Assembly (NCBI GenBank): GCA_002256025.1
Contig: NKIB01015032.1
Span: 1-38,653, forward strand
Origin: Asterionella formosa
Taxonomy: Eukaryota
DNA length: 38,653 bases
Direction: 5' to 3'
The translations under genes were made by a program, and so were the position numbers. Shown here in pieces: positions 10,481-21,730 of this stretch (within the stretch, counting starts at the first letter, position 1; each line of letters starts with the position of its first letter). The notes under the pieces are model-generated. The model ran no database searches. It was not told the origin of the DNA and worked only from the letters and a program-made list of their open reading frames with translations.

Positions 10481-11720
10481 GGAAATGCCATTGCATGGTG
10501 CTTATCACCAAGCAAAGGGCATACAGATCCATCAGATTGTCGAAGTGCCCCAAAACATATAATTAAATAGTATCTAATCATTTATTCCTATAGTTTGTTT
10601 TCATTATACCTGTTCATTAGTTCACCAACACAACCCAAGTGAAAGCACCACCATTGTTGATCAGCAGCTAGCTACTGCTAGTGGTTTTCTCATGCTATAT
10701 TGTGCTCGAGGGCCAGTATCTCAGTGGCCGATTTTTCCAAAATAAGCAAGGATTAACATAAAGTACTACGGTATAGCCATTTGTTGAAAGGCTCCACTGG
10801 AATTCCGGTGAAACTCGAAGAAGTTTTATTTATGGCTGTATAAGAAGTAGAGGCTAAAACAACCTGGAAAATAATAACGACTACGGCGAAGGTTGCATGT
10901 GTATAGCTTCACTTGTCAAAGGGGACGTGTGGCGTCGAGGACAGCCCACCCTGCATTTCAAGCAGGAGACTATACTTCAAGGTGCGCAGGTGCGTTGGCT
11001 CGGTCGGCCGGCGGGTCAGCCGCATTGGTTAATGCATTGCTTGTTTCGGAACTCACTGAACAGCATGTTGCCTTACCGGTCGGTAGGTGACAATTTCACT
11101 TACCGGACGCCGGAGAAGTACTGGTACCTCCCGGTATACTTTCTACCTGGTAAAGGCAAACTACAGGCACCTGCTGAAAAAAATTGTTTATTTTAAGTGA
11201 CGCACAATTGAGACATGACCATAGTAAAGGCGTGCAATGGGCAGACGGTTTTATCAAAGCTAGAGCTGGCTCTCGATTGGCGACTAGTATAGAAAAACTA
11301 GATTAAAGCTGTTTAGGAACATGGATCTACTCTTTAGCGTCGTGTAGCAAAGTCGTTCGCTTGGCGATATATGTCGATACATTTTTCGTGTATATATATG
11401 TTTTATATTAAAAGCACACTACCAGTATATTCAATGAATTTGACGCACCTGCTGCCTGCTACGATATGTATGCCGGCGGTGTTCTCTCGTACATGTCGAA
11501 AATCCATTGAGTCGATGCATGAGATATTCTTAATAGATATATGATACTATGAATATTTATGAAATGATCAATATGTTTGTCACCCCGTCAATACTGTATA
11601 TAAGAAAAAGGAATCAAAGAAACGCTTCAACAAATTCTGAACCCCGGGGGCCCGATCGCACCTATATTTCCTGCATCCTCCTCCCCCTAGACTCGCTTCT
11701 TTCTCCCATCACGCCCCACC

Positions 11721-12803
11721 ATGAAGTCTTGTGTTGCCTTGCTTCTTGTTGGAGCAACATTATCAGCCGCGACGAAGTTTGAGATTCCCAAAACGAGAAG
11801 CAAAAGCAACTCAGATCAGTTCGCTCCGCCGCTTTTTCGTCGACTGGAGGATGCAAATCCAGCCAGCACCAGCTCCTACACCTTTCTAGAAGACTTGTCG
11901 TCCTACAACACTCAGTTTGGCAAATGTATTCGGATCAAGGTTCAAGAGAACAATGACGATGACGTACAGGAGGGCAATGCGCACTTTTACAATGGAAACT
12001 ACCACGCTCAGTATTATCGATATGCCTCCTTTTACCTTTGTTCCGAAGAGAAGAATGATCAATGTGGCTCTTGCGATTACTCCACAGAGTACGTGACTGA
12101 CTTGGACACTTACCTTGATAGCAGCGTGGCGTACATCCAAACTCTTTGTGGGAATTGCAAGGAGCAGTGCGGTGGCGGGCGGCGGGCGCTGCAAGAGGCC
12201 GATGTGGATTGCAGCACTTGCACCTCGACTTGTAAACTCTATACCGACGGCGACGCCAATGAATTTGACTACCTCAATTGTCAAAAGGCATATGAAGATG
12301 AAGCTGGGCTTCAGTACTACTCTGCCGCTGCCTGCGATACCAATGGTGATCTATACATTGGGGTCTTTTACAACAACGCATGTACCATCAAATCCAAAAA
12401 GTCCCTGAATGTGGCCTTCACCTACAACAACTTCAAGACAGTGCAGACCATGTGCACAGCATGCGCCGATGCAGGTGAAATGTGTGGTGATTTATACCAA
12501 GAGGCTCAGCACTGTGTCGATGGCACCAACATGAATGCCAATGTGGTTGCTGGTGACATGCCGGTCTGTAAGACGTACAAGGAAGCCAGCACAGAACATA
12601 CATACAAGAACATGAAGAAGCCATGGTTTCAAGTCCCAGTGGTGTTGGTTATCATTGCTTTTCTCTTTGTTGGAACTACCATGGGATCCTACACGTACTA
12701 TATTCGACACAGAGAAAAGAAACTTCCTTTGTCACAACTGGATGGTGTTGGATCCTCGTTGTCGGATGTGCCAGTAACAACATCGGAGGCAGTCATTTCT
12801 TGA
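11721..12803 (+). CDS. Silicanin-like (Sin1-family) Cys-rich type I membrane protein
   Basis: Signal peptide, RRL propeptide motif, 18 Cys in the luminal region (YNTQFGKC..ASFYLC..EYVTDLDTYL..DCSTC..YYSAAAC..IGVFYNNAC), one TM helix (VPVVLVIIAFLFVG) and a short cytosolic tail. Confidence 0.75.
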   Translation: MKSCVALLLVGATLSAATKFEIPKTRSKSNSDQFAPPLFRRLEDANPASTSSYTFLEDLSSYNTQFGKCIRIKVQENNDDDVQEGNAHFYNGNYHAQYYRYASFYLCSEEKNDQCGSCDYSTEYVTDLDTYLDSSVAYIQTLCGNCKEQCGGGRRALQEADVDCSTCTSTCKLYTDGDANEFDYLNCQKAYEDEAGLQYYSAAACDTNGDLYIGVFYNNACTIKSKKSLNVAFTYNNFKTVQTMCTACADAGEMCGDLYQEAQHCVDGTNMNANVVAGDMPVCKTYKEASTEHTYKNMKKPWFQVPVVLVIIAFLFVGTTMGSYTYYIRHREKKLPLSQLDGVGSSLSDVPVTTSEAVIS

Positions 12804-13243
12804 AGTGCATCATTAACATTCTTCGTTATGTTCATGTTATCTTTTTTTGAATGGGATCGCCCGCACTTTGGAAATCTTGTCTTTATTTCGTTTTATGTAT
12901 ATAATGATGGACTCTTGCGATTAGTATCGTCAGTGGCGAGTGTTTTTATTTTAGCTTCAAGAGTCAAAACCTTGAATTAGCAATACATACGGGTTGTCCT
13001 ATAGGTATGGGGAGTGTGCGTAAGTTGTACAGCTCACGAATAATAGTGCGACAAAGAACAAGAAAATGTTGGCAAATGAAGCATTCCCAATAATGATATT
13101 TAACTTCGGTGTATACTATTTTTGTTATTGATGATTCAGAGGATAATAGTTAGTCACTTGCCATTGTAGGATCCATGTGATCTGACACCAAGTAATCAAG
13201 ACAGTTGGAGTGTAAATGTGTTTCGAATTGCACGCAGTGAAAC

Positions 13244-13765
13244 TTATTCAATAACTTGAGAAGTCGTGGGAATCCCTCCAGATGTTGTTTTTCCCAAAGT
13301 AGATCCTCCACTCATAATAGTATCCACCACATCCTTGGTATCTTCTTCAATATTGGAATTCCCGCGAGTGTAGTCTCGCACAGCATACGACGCTTCTTGA
13401 AACCAACCCCCGACACTCTTCATAACTCGTTCCGCCTTTTCTGGTGGATCACCAATGACACTATGAACCGACTTGCCAATGGTCATGAGTGTTTCATGAA
13501 CAAAGGGACTGTATCCACAATGACTAGCACCACCTTCGTCCCATTCTGACTTGGCAGAACATTGACTGAGATCATCATCTTCGTATTTGAATTCACCTTC
13601 TTCTCCTTCCCTATACTCATGTGGGTTATCGACGTTCACGTCGTAAGAAGTGGGCTCCTCTGCCTCTGCGGCAGGAGACGCCTCGGCGGCGGCGGCGGCG
13701 GCGGTAGCGGCTGAAGTGGTTTCGCCAGCAGCCAAGGGCTTCTTGTTGAATATTTTGAATGCCAT
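13244..13765 (-). CDS. Hypothetical acidic protein (173 aa) with a poly-Ala tract
   Basis: Intact ATG ORF with coding-like composition. A (GCC)n tract encodes poly-Ala. No recognisable domain. Confidence 0.75.
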   Translation of the reverse strand: MAFKIFNKKPLAAGETTSAATAAAAAAEASPAAEAEEPTSYDVNVDNPHEYREGEEGEFKYEDDDLSQCSAKSEWDEGGASHCGYSPFVHETLMTIGKSVHSVIGDPPEKAERVMKSVGGWFQEASYAVRDYTRGNSNIEEDTKDVVDTIMSGGSTLGKTTSGGIPTTSQVIE

Positions 13766-14652
13766 TCTTTGGAATGCGTTGTAATTGTCCTGAATGCGTG
13801 GAATGAATAAGACAACGAGAAATGGGACGGGGGAGGTGGGCCTCTAACGCTCCAGACAGACAAGAAGTGGTCCTTCAGTTGCTTGTTGTAGCAAGATCAC
13901 AGAAAATATTCTGATAGAATGATCCCTGTTGTGACCGCCGTGCAGGTGTGGGAAGGAGAGTAATTCTTGACATTTGTCACCCGCCCATCTCGCATAAGGC
14001 GCCCTCGGCAAGAGTTCAACGGCAGCGAGTGATATCGCGGACTCAAAACTGCGTACCGTAATGCAGCAATATGTTCGATATTCATACACATATGTGTTCA
14101 TAGGAGCAGTTTCCAAATAACCGTTTAAGAGATGCCCGCCATAATTTACCATGATGGCTGGCGTTCATGGGTATAAATCCATGTATGCGAGAGAAGTCTT
14201 GGATGCCAATGAAAAAAATCTTCGTGCTTGCTTGACTGGACACGAGGCAAGAATGACCAGCATCAGTTGTACATATGTACCAGTACATTCCACACGTTTG
14301 TTTATGCCTTTCTTTACCGGTACATTTGCTAAACTTGAATAGATAGGCCGGTGCAGGACATGCTATACGAATGTAAGCAGCATGATGCTGAACACAGCTG
14401 ATGCAGACACTTACCGGTACGCTGATTTTCGTAGAAATGTTCGGACAGCAGTACTGGTAGGAAGGTAGGCCGGTTCTTTGCCGGAAGTCTGAACTTGTGT
14501 TCCTCATTCCCAGCAGTTTATAATTTAACACGGTATTTTCTAGCACTGCTAGGTTGAACTTGGAGTGAATTTTGATCATTCTTTGAGGGAAATACCGGAC
14601 GAACAGCCTTTTCAGTTGTTTTCTCGTGGCATTTTGCATATGCAGCACCTGG

Positions 14653-14805
14653 TACCGTAAATCCTGTGCTCCGGTCTTCCACTACCGGTACATACGCTCC
14701 TTTCTCCTCACTGTACATCTGGTGCTACACACCCAAAATTTACATGTGCAGAAAAGAAAACATATTTTTTTCTATTATGAGATATTTTTTGTATTCGCCG
14801 GTATG
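14653..14805 (+). mobile_element. Solo, diverged terminal fragment related to the pogo element end
   Basis: TACCGTAAATCCTG..TGTACATCTGGTGCTACACACCCAAAATTTACATGTGCAGAAAA versus the reverse complement of 1861-1955: TACCGTAAAACCTG..TGTACATCTGGCGCAACACTCCCAAATATTTCCTGTGTACAGAAAA. Confidence 0.65.
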
Positions 14806-14964
14806 GCTGCAATCACGATCAGGGTACCAGGTACCAGGTACCTAATACCTGGGACGGACCAGGGTCCCGGTAGCCAAAGATTCACTCGTAAGTGCTATGT
14901 AGAAAATTATTATTTAGCTTAAGGAATGCGATTCTTTTGTACATACAAAACACTTAGGTGAAGT

Positions 14965-15399
14965 CCTTATGTTCGGCTGGAACATCTTGGAATATGTCGT
15001 CAACGCCTTGACCATGACAAAAATAGCGAATATCTACATGAAAATTGAGAACGACGCTTTCCTATTTGGTTCGCACATCATACCCAACATAAAAAATACG
15101 ATCGTAAAAGAATTATTGAAACAACTCAAATATTAACGGCGAAAATTAGAGACGCAAATGGCGCATTTTTTCATGAAGTTTATGGATGCACAATTCAAAA
15201 CGACGATGCTCTGAACAGATTTGACAATGTCACAGTAGCTGCGAAATCACTACAACGACGACTATAACAAGAACATGATAGACTGGAGGAAAAAATATGT
15301 AACAAGCGTTTTAAACTAAGAATTGGTTGTTTGTATCAACGCCGCAAAAGGATGAGTTGCATGCCTTCTGGTTTCTTGACAATGCAGCCCTACGTATAA
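14965..15399 (+). pseudogene. Decayed ORF of about 145 codons with two internal stops; unknown family
   Basis: PYVRLEHLGICRQRLDHDKNSEYLHEN*ERRFPIWFAHHTQHKKYDRKRIIETTQILTAKIRD...LQRRL*QEHDRLEEK... in a single frame. Confidence 0.35.
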
Positions 15400-16016
15400 G
15401 TGAAGAAATTTTTCGTCATGCATGATGCACAAAAATCATAGCATGATTTGATTGGCTTGCGGAAATTACTGCAAGACAGAACTTTGTATAACCTACACAA
15501 GATAAATATGTGTGTTGAAATATGTTAATAAAGTTGCATCACTCTAGAAAAAAGAATGTTACTTGTGCTAATTTTCTGGCACACAAGTGCGCCAAAATTT
15601 GGAAAGTCAATTCATCATAGATGTATGACATTCTTTTGCTTTCTAAATTTTAACAAACGCTTTGTCAACTTGTTTTGAATGGTATTCAAAGAATTCGCAA
15701 TGCTTTTTTGGTTTTCTTAATTGAAAAGGGAGCCTTGGAAAGTTCATCCTCTGCGCCAGGGAAATGAATTAGACTCTCTGTTGCAACACCATTGCACAAA
15801 CCCATTATATCTGGAATGTGCAACGGCAAAAGTGACAATGATGGGAAGGAAGAAAATGAAGGTGTATGCGTTTTGAGGATTGGAACCATTAAATATCCAG
15901 TTGAACAGTTGATGTAATTATAACATCTGTTTGACAATGTGCTGAATTAAAGTTATTCCATTCATATAACAATTATGATAGCGATATGCTGTATTCAGTT
16001 TCCAGCAAATATTTAA

Positions 16017-17135
16017 GGTTGCGGCCCAGCAGTTACAAATTGCGAGGTCTGTTTTTTCCCAAATATTTTAATGATGCACATCAATCCACACATCACGTAA
16101 AAGTAAATATAATAGTTAAATGTTAAATTAGCTTTCACCATTACGACCACTTTGCATATGCTTAGATACTGTCATTTCGCGACTTAGGGGTATGATCTAT
16201 ATACAGATATGGTAAGGACCCCATTTCTGGAGAGAAGTGGCAGTTATGTATCATAGATTCATAACTACCGCAAAAATAGTCAAAAAAGGGGCTACGAAGC
16301 TTAAAAAATCTACGATACATAACTGCCACTTCTCTCCAGAAGTTAACTCCTGACGATATAGTAGGGTACACGGCTATCTATTTTAATCGTCATGAAACCC
16401 CGTAGACGTAGAGCAATCCACTTCCAAAAAGTCGACCCGATCGGTTTTTTCATCAGTCGCCAAAATATTGGAATCGGAATTAGTACGTGCAAAAAAGTTC
16501 TCATAGACTTAGAGTCTTGCGTAGTAGGTATGTTTTGCTGAATAATTCTCTGTCCGAAAAGACTCCAGGGTAAGTTCCCGCGTCAATACACATATTCTGA
16601 TTGGTTGAATTGAATTTACTCACCTGCTCCAGATCGGCTGCAGTATCTCGGTCTTGTGAAATTACAATTACGCCAGCCATACTTGCTTGAACCACATGTA
16701 TTAGATGTACTGTACCGGTACCTGGTAGGTAAAATAAGTACTACCGGTAGTTTCATCATCCATCGTCATTAACCAAGATTATGTACTACTGGTACCAGGT
16801 ACCCAGGTACCCTGGTACACCGTTACTCCGGTATAAACGGATTAAAAATATCATGAATAAACATCTAGGCATACTCCTGATTTATATATGTGTTATGGCG
16901 TGGAACAAAATTATGTCTACATCCAGAAACGCAGGTATAGTATTGACGTTTAAATATCATTTTTGTTTGTTTAAAATGGAACTCTGTCTATCTGGCGCCG
17001 ACTCCTATTTAATTCAAATATTCAAATGGACACTCGAATCATGGGAACTCATAGCAGCAAACTCCCTGTTCCATGCCATTTTTACAACCCTAGCGACGTT
17101 TTCTCCAAACTAGGGTTAAGCCGAGGGCCGCAACC
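16017..17135. mobile_element. Non-autonomous TTAA-specific DNA transposon with Kolobok-type termini, 1119 bp
   Basis: TTAA (16013-16016) | GGTTGCGGCCC ... GGGCCGCAACC | TTAA (17136-17139): a perfect 11-bp TIR with GG..CC ends and a TTAA duplication. No credible ORF inside. Confidence 0.75.
16225..16341. repeat. 35-bp inverted repeat with a 47-bp spacer
   Basis: TTCTGGAGAGAAGTGGCAGTTATGTATCATAGATT (16225-16259) and AATCTACGATACATAACTGCCACTTCTCTCCAGAA (16307-16341), 34/35 complementary. Confidence 0.95.
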
Positions 17136-17503
17136 TTAAGTGGCTGGCCAATATAAAACATCATTTTGTGATACCGGTATGTATATGTATGTAAATTTGG
17201 TTTGGATTACAACTGGCAATTTATTTGGATTGGTCTTGTTCGAGGATGACCCCCTTATCGACCAAATATCAGGTATTTGGTCGATTAGACTCCAACAGTA
17301 ACCAAATAAAAGGAGCATTTCTATTGGTTTAGTTTGTGGCTCGCGCCGGCAACCGAACGTTTAGAGTTTAATGAGTGCATACATAATTACAGTACAATCA
17401 TCATAGTCTCTTCATGTAGAACTCAATAGGCCAATGTGATCTTGGTGCGTATACATCATATTGATTCAACATCATAAAACAAAAATCATCATCGTCTGTT
17501 AGG

Positions 17504-18272
17504 ATGGGTCCCGGTGTCACGTGGGAGAAGAAAAAGGACGCAATCACTGGGACTGCACAGAAAGCAAGCAAGTTTTGCAGTAGGGTATTCGAGATTTTTG
17601 TTGAGCTTATCCCAGATGGGAAGGATCGCATCTCAATGGTGTGCACTGTTCGATGGGGAACAATCAATCAAGATGTAACAAAGTTTTGCGGCCTCTTTTC
17701 ACAGGTTACGTCCATTGTTAAGTCAGGATGGACAAACGACAACAAACCTTGAAGAAGCAAGAAGGGAGCTATTTAAATTAGAGGGAAAAGAAAGGAAACT
17801 GGGTAGAGAATTCGTGTTCGAAGGGTGTTGAATATTTTAGGATTCCCCAAAGTGGAAGGGTGGGTGTGGATATGTCCGTGATCAGCAGCAAATCACAAAG
17901 AAGGTTCCTGAGTTACTAGATGTGCGCCCCATGGGGACGAAAGCAGCAAAAGATAGTAGTAAGCTGCTCGCAAATGCTCAGCTTGACATTGAACAAAAAC
18001 ATGTGCATTTGTTGGAAAGAAAGTTGAAGACGCAACGTGATGAATTTTTGTTTAAGATTTTCTCTCTTAATATTAATTCATAGGAATTTAAAAAGTGGTT
18101 TGCTATGAAGGCTCAAGAAGCTATGGAGGAGATGGAGGATAGTTCAAAACCATCACGCAAAAAAACCAAGACCGGTTCTTTGGAGTCAGGCAGTTCAGTT
18201 GAAATCGATATTTCAACTTCTCGTTCATCTTCTACTGATGATGGGGTTTCGATTCTAGAGACTGGACCATAA
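17504..18272 (+). pseudogene. Harbinger Myb/SANT-like (NAM-associated type) DNA-binding ORF, disrupted
   Basis: ITGTAQKASKF..RWGTINQDVTKFCGLFSQV..KSGW..FVFEGC..PKW..RPMGTKAAK, with stops and frameshifts. Confidence 0.85.
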
Positions 18273-18394
18273 GAGTATTAAACTAGTTTGATTGTAGTGA
18301 CATCATTATACTCTTTTTTTCATTGTTGCCAATCTAGATCTTGTATTTTACAGACTTAAAAATATTAATCTAGAACCAAGTTATTATCTACTAT

Positions 18395-18820
18395 TTATTT
18401 CTCGTTTTGAATCCACAAGTACTCAATCAAATTGTTACACAATTGAAAGTGCACACTTTCACTCATGTATTTCATTCTAATATTCTTGAAATCAAGAAAT
18501 GTGTGTACATTGTCATGATTCACATTGTCCACCTAAAATTCATCCTGAATATTGTCAAATAGATATTTAATTTTATTTTTAGTTTCCCACTCATACCTGC
18601 TGATTATTGAGTTACAGAAGTGTTGCAATTTGTTGAGTGTTGTTGACTCTGACATGATCCTTGTTAAATCGTCCAACTGATCAGCCAATGTTCCATACTA
18701 GGCTAACAACGCGAAGCGCCGGGGTAAGTTTTTGTTGTGGAGAAAATCCCAATAAACCCAAGGCATTCTTGTTCTGTGAAAAGTAAGAATCCTAGTAAGC
18801 AACCGAATCATCAAGAACCT
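18395..18820 (-). pseudogene. Harbinger transposase relic with the catalytic core deleted
   Basis: DSYFSQNKNALGLLGFSPQQKLTPALR..YGTLADQLDD..SEST..FC, joined to the C-terminal HFQLCNNLIEYLW. Confidence 0.85.
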
Positions 18821-19834
18821 TTATTTCTATTGGCTAAAAATTTAGGTGCAAGATTTGACTAACATAGGATTTGGTCAATGTAGTGGGGGAAAAAAATTTC
18901 GACTATTGATAAAAAATTTCTCAACCAACAAGTGACATGTATTGATATTTTCAACTGCAATTGGCTTTGGTATTTGGTCGATGTGGTGGCAATGCTCTAA
19001 CACTTGGAAAAATGGTATTTGGAGTTGTTGCTGCAAATTGACACCATGATTTTTGACCAGAGACAGGCAACAAGAACAGCTTCAGCCAAGCTTGATGGTA
19101 CCAGGTACCAGGTACCCTGGTACCAGTACTCCACCGATTTCCTGCTACTGGTACCGGTAGCCCATGTACAGGTACATCAAATCCGTGAAACCAAAAACGT
19201 CCTGCGCATCAGCCTGTAACCAACCCGAATATGGGCAATAGCTCCATGATTCAAACCACCGGTTGTACTTATCACTCCCCAGGAGCTCTTCCATGTTGAG
19301 AACCCATCAATAGCAAGAGCCATTTTCTGGTTTGTCGAATCCATGTCGGGTCAGACGAAGAGTTCGCATTGTGTCTTTGGTGGTTAGAGTTCTCAAATTG
19401 ACGCCAGTAGAAATGTACGACAACCAACATAATTTCATGAGAATTGTGGCTGCCTCAAAGGGAAGTGCAACCCACCAAGTGTGTGCAGAGGGGCAGGACA
19501 GGATGGTTTTTGTCGTCGTTTGCTTTATTACACTAACTATCCTTCTTGTGTCTACTGCAATAATCTACGTCGATATATACTAGCATTCATTTTAGTTCAA
19601 GTGTGGTATTCTAAATACCTAGAAACATATACTACTACAGCGACGAAGGCCATGACGCTGGTCTCTACCATTGGCAGTTCTTACCATTCCACCTCCATCG
19701 CCTCATCCATTGCCATCTGCCCTAGCAGCAGCAGCAGCAGCAACAGCAGCAACAGTCGTCCTAACTAGTTTCTGCAGACGACAGCAACAGGTCTCAGCGA
19801 AGCATCAGCGCTTCCACCAATTCAGACCGCGGAG

Positions 19835-21531
19835 ATGACTGTAGGAGGCACAACGCCATCCAAGGATGAGCATCCGAAGTCAAATTGTGGTTCGCAACCG
19901 CCCCACGAGCCCGCGCTGGTCCGCGAACCGACGCCTCTGCTAGCGAATCCGCAGCAACAGGCATATCCACAAGACGAACAACAACAACAACAACAACAAC
20001 TGGGCTTGATGCCTAATCATCACTACATTATGCCCCATGGATTTGCGGCTACTCCGCTGGTAACTCCTCTGGCAGCTCCGTTGCAGTCCCCACCGAGTCC
20101 GAATCAACAACTGCAACACCAGCCACAACAGCTAGAGCACGAGGAAGATGAAGACGACAACGAGGACAACGTCACCATCAACAGGAAGAAGAAGCGCGGT
20201 GTCCCGCACATTTACCATGACTACTGCTCTGTACAAGACACCATGGGCTTTGTCCGAAAAAAGACGGGAGGGGTGACGCAGGCATTTCCAGAAAAACTCA
20301 TGGACATGCTCACTGCAGAATCCGACAACCAGACTCTGGTAGGTTGGCTCCCACATGGACGCGCCTTTATTGTTAGAAAGCCAAAGCAGTTCACGGATGA
20401 AATCATGCCCAAGTACTTTAGGCAGTCCAAGCTCACATCATTTCAGCGGCAACTGAACCTCTATGGCTTTAGAAGACTCACACAAGGCGCTGATGCCGGG
20501 GCGTACTATCATGAGCTGTTCCTGAGGGGCAGGCCTCAGTTATGTCAGAGAATGAATCGACAAAAGGTCAAGGGGACGGGGCACAAGCAACCAGCAGATG
20601 CACAAACAGAGGTGAGAGTTTTTGAAAATAGTACTGTTCCTTTCTTTCGTTTTCTGTGGTGTCCTTCGTTTCTATCGCAAAATCTCACTTAAACACGATT
20701 ATACTCACCACACACCAGCCCAATTTTTACGTCATGCCGACTGCACCAGAGCCAACTTACATTGCACATGCAAGTTCGGGCATTCAAGGGTTACAAGGGG
20801 CTGCTGATTTGTTAAAAGGATTTGCGTCGAGCATGCCTGTCACCAACCTCAGTGGAACAACATGGCCTGCACCAATACAAATGACAGCACCTGCCCCAGG
20901 TGTACACCATCAGTACATTTACAATACTGTCTCTGCACAGAATACACATCAGCAGCAGCAAACACAAGTTGTGTACACACAAGGCCCCAATGGACAACCA
21001 CAGATGCAACAAATCATTTATGCTCCAGCTCAAACTCAAGCCTCCGTCACATTGGGATCGGATGGACAATATTATCTTACAACCACACCAACATATACAC
21101 TGCCAAATCCTACTACGACTCATCCTGGAGAACAACTTCAACAACAGCAATATACATCGGCACCTGGGGCATCCATGATTTCATATGCTCCTCAAGATAA
21201 TTCGGCATATTCATCAGCTCCTACGATTCAGTTTGTTTGGCCACAGCAGTTGCAGCAACAACAGCAATCATGGATCCAACAAGCTCAACAAATTCAACAG
21301 ATTTCACAACCTGGTTCGTCGTCTCAATTAGACCAAGGAACGCAGCAACAGCAGAAGTCTCAGCAACAACAAGAGGCTCAGCAACAGCAGCTGCAGACTC
21401 AGCAGCAACAACAGCAGGCTGAACAACAGTATCGTTCATCCCAACAGTTTTTACAACAAGGGGAAGAGCAGCAAGTTCAGGAGGTGACCTACGCACAGCA
21501 ATCCCCTGCCGCTGTGGCTTCCACTTTATAA
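19835..21531 (+). CDS. Heat-shock transcription factor (HSF) with Gln-rich tails; exons 19835-20611 and 20719-21531
   Basis: HSF DNA-binding domain (FPEKLMDML..VGWLPHGRAFIV..FRQSKLTSFQRQLNLYGF..YYHELFLRGRP). A 107-bp GT..CTCAC..CAG intron (20612-20718) restores TE|PNFY in frame. The 5' end is uncertain. Confidence 0.93.
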
Positions 21532-21730
21532 TCTAGTTAATGGGGTTAGGGTTTCGAGCGACGACACAAAGTTGGCGATTTTGTTTTGTTCACTTATAAG
21601 AAAGAAATAATGTATGACACGTTTGTATAAATTGTATTACCCACTATAGATTAGTCCTTAAAACGTCAAAGGATTAATGTATAGTTTACCTGACTATAAT
21701 AACCTCTCTCCATGCATATATATATATATA

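Larger units (their letters stand above)
17229..18997. mobile_element. PIF/Harbinger DNA transposon, internally deleted copy 1 (left TIR not found)
   Basis: Convergent Myb/SANT-like and transposase relics. Right end ..TGGCAATGCTC|TAA (18997). Subterminal palindrome ATCGACCAAATA-5nt-TATTTGGTCGAT at 17257-17285, one arm of which recurs at 18971-18982. Colinear with 34245-36137. Confidence 0.88.

Noticed and set aside
14082..14648. 188-aa minus-strand ORF
   Set aside because: Non-ATG start, atypical composition, and it lies in ACCGGT-rich intergenic DNA.
14919..14930. Second TTAA|GG candidate terminus
   Set aside because: No matching downstream inverted end was found.
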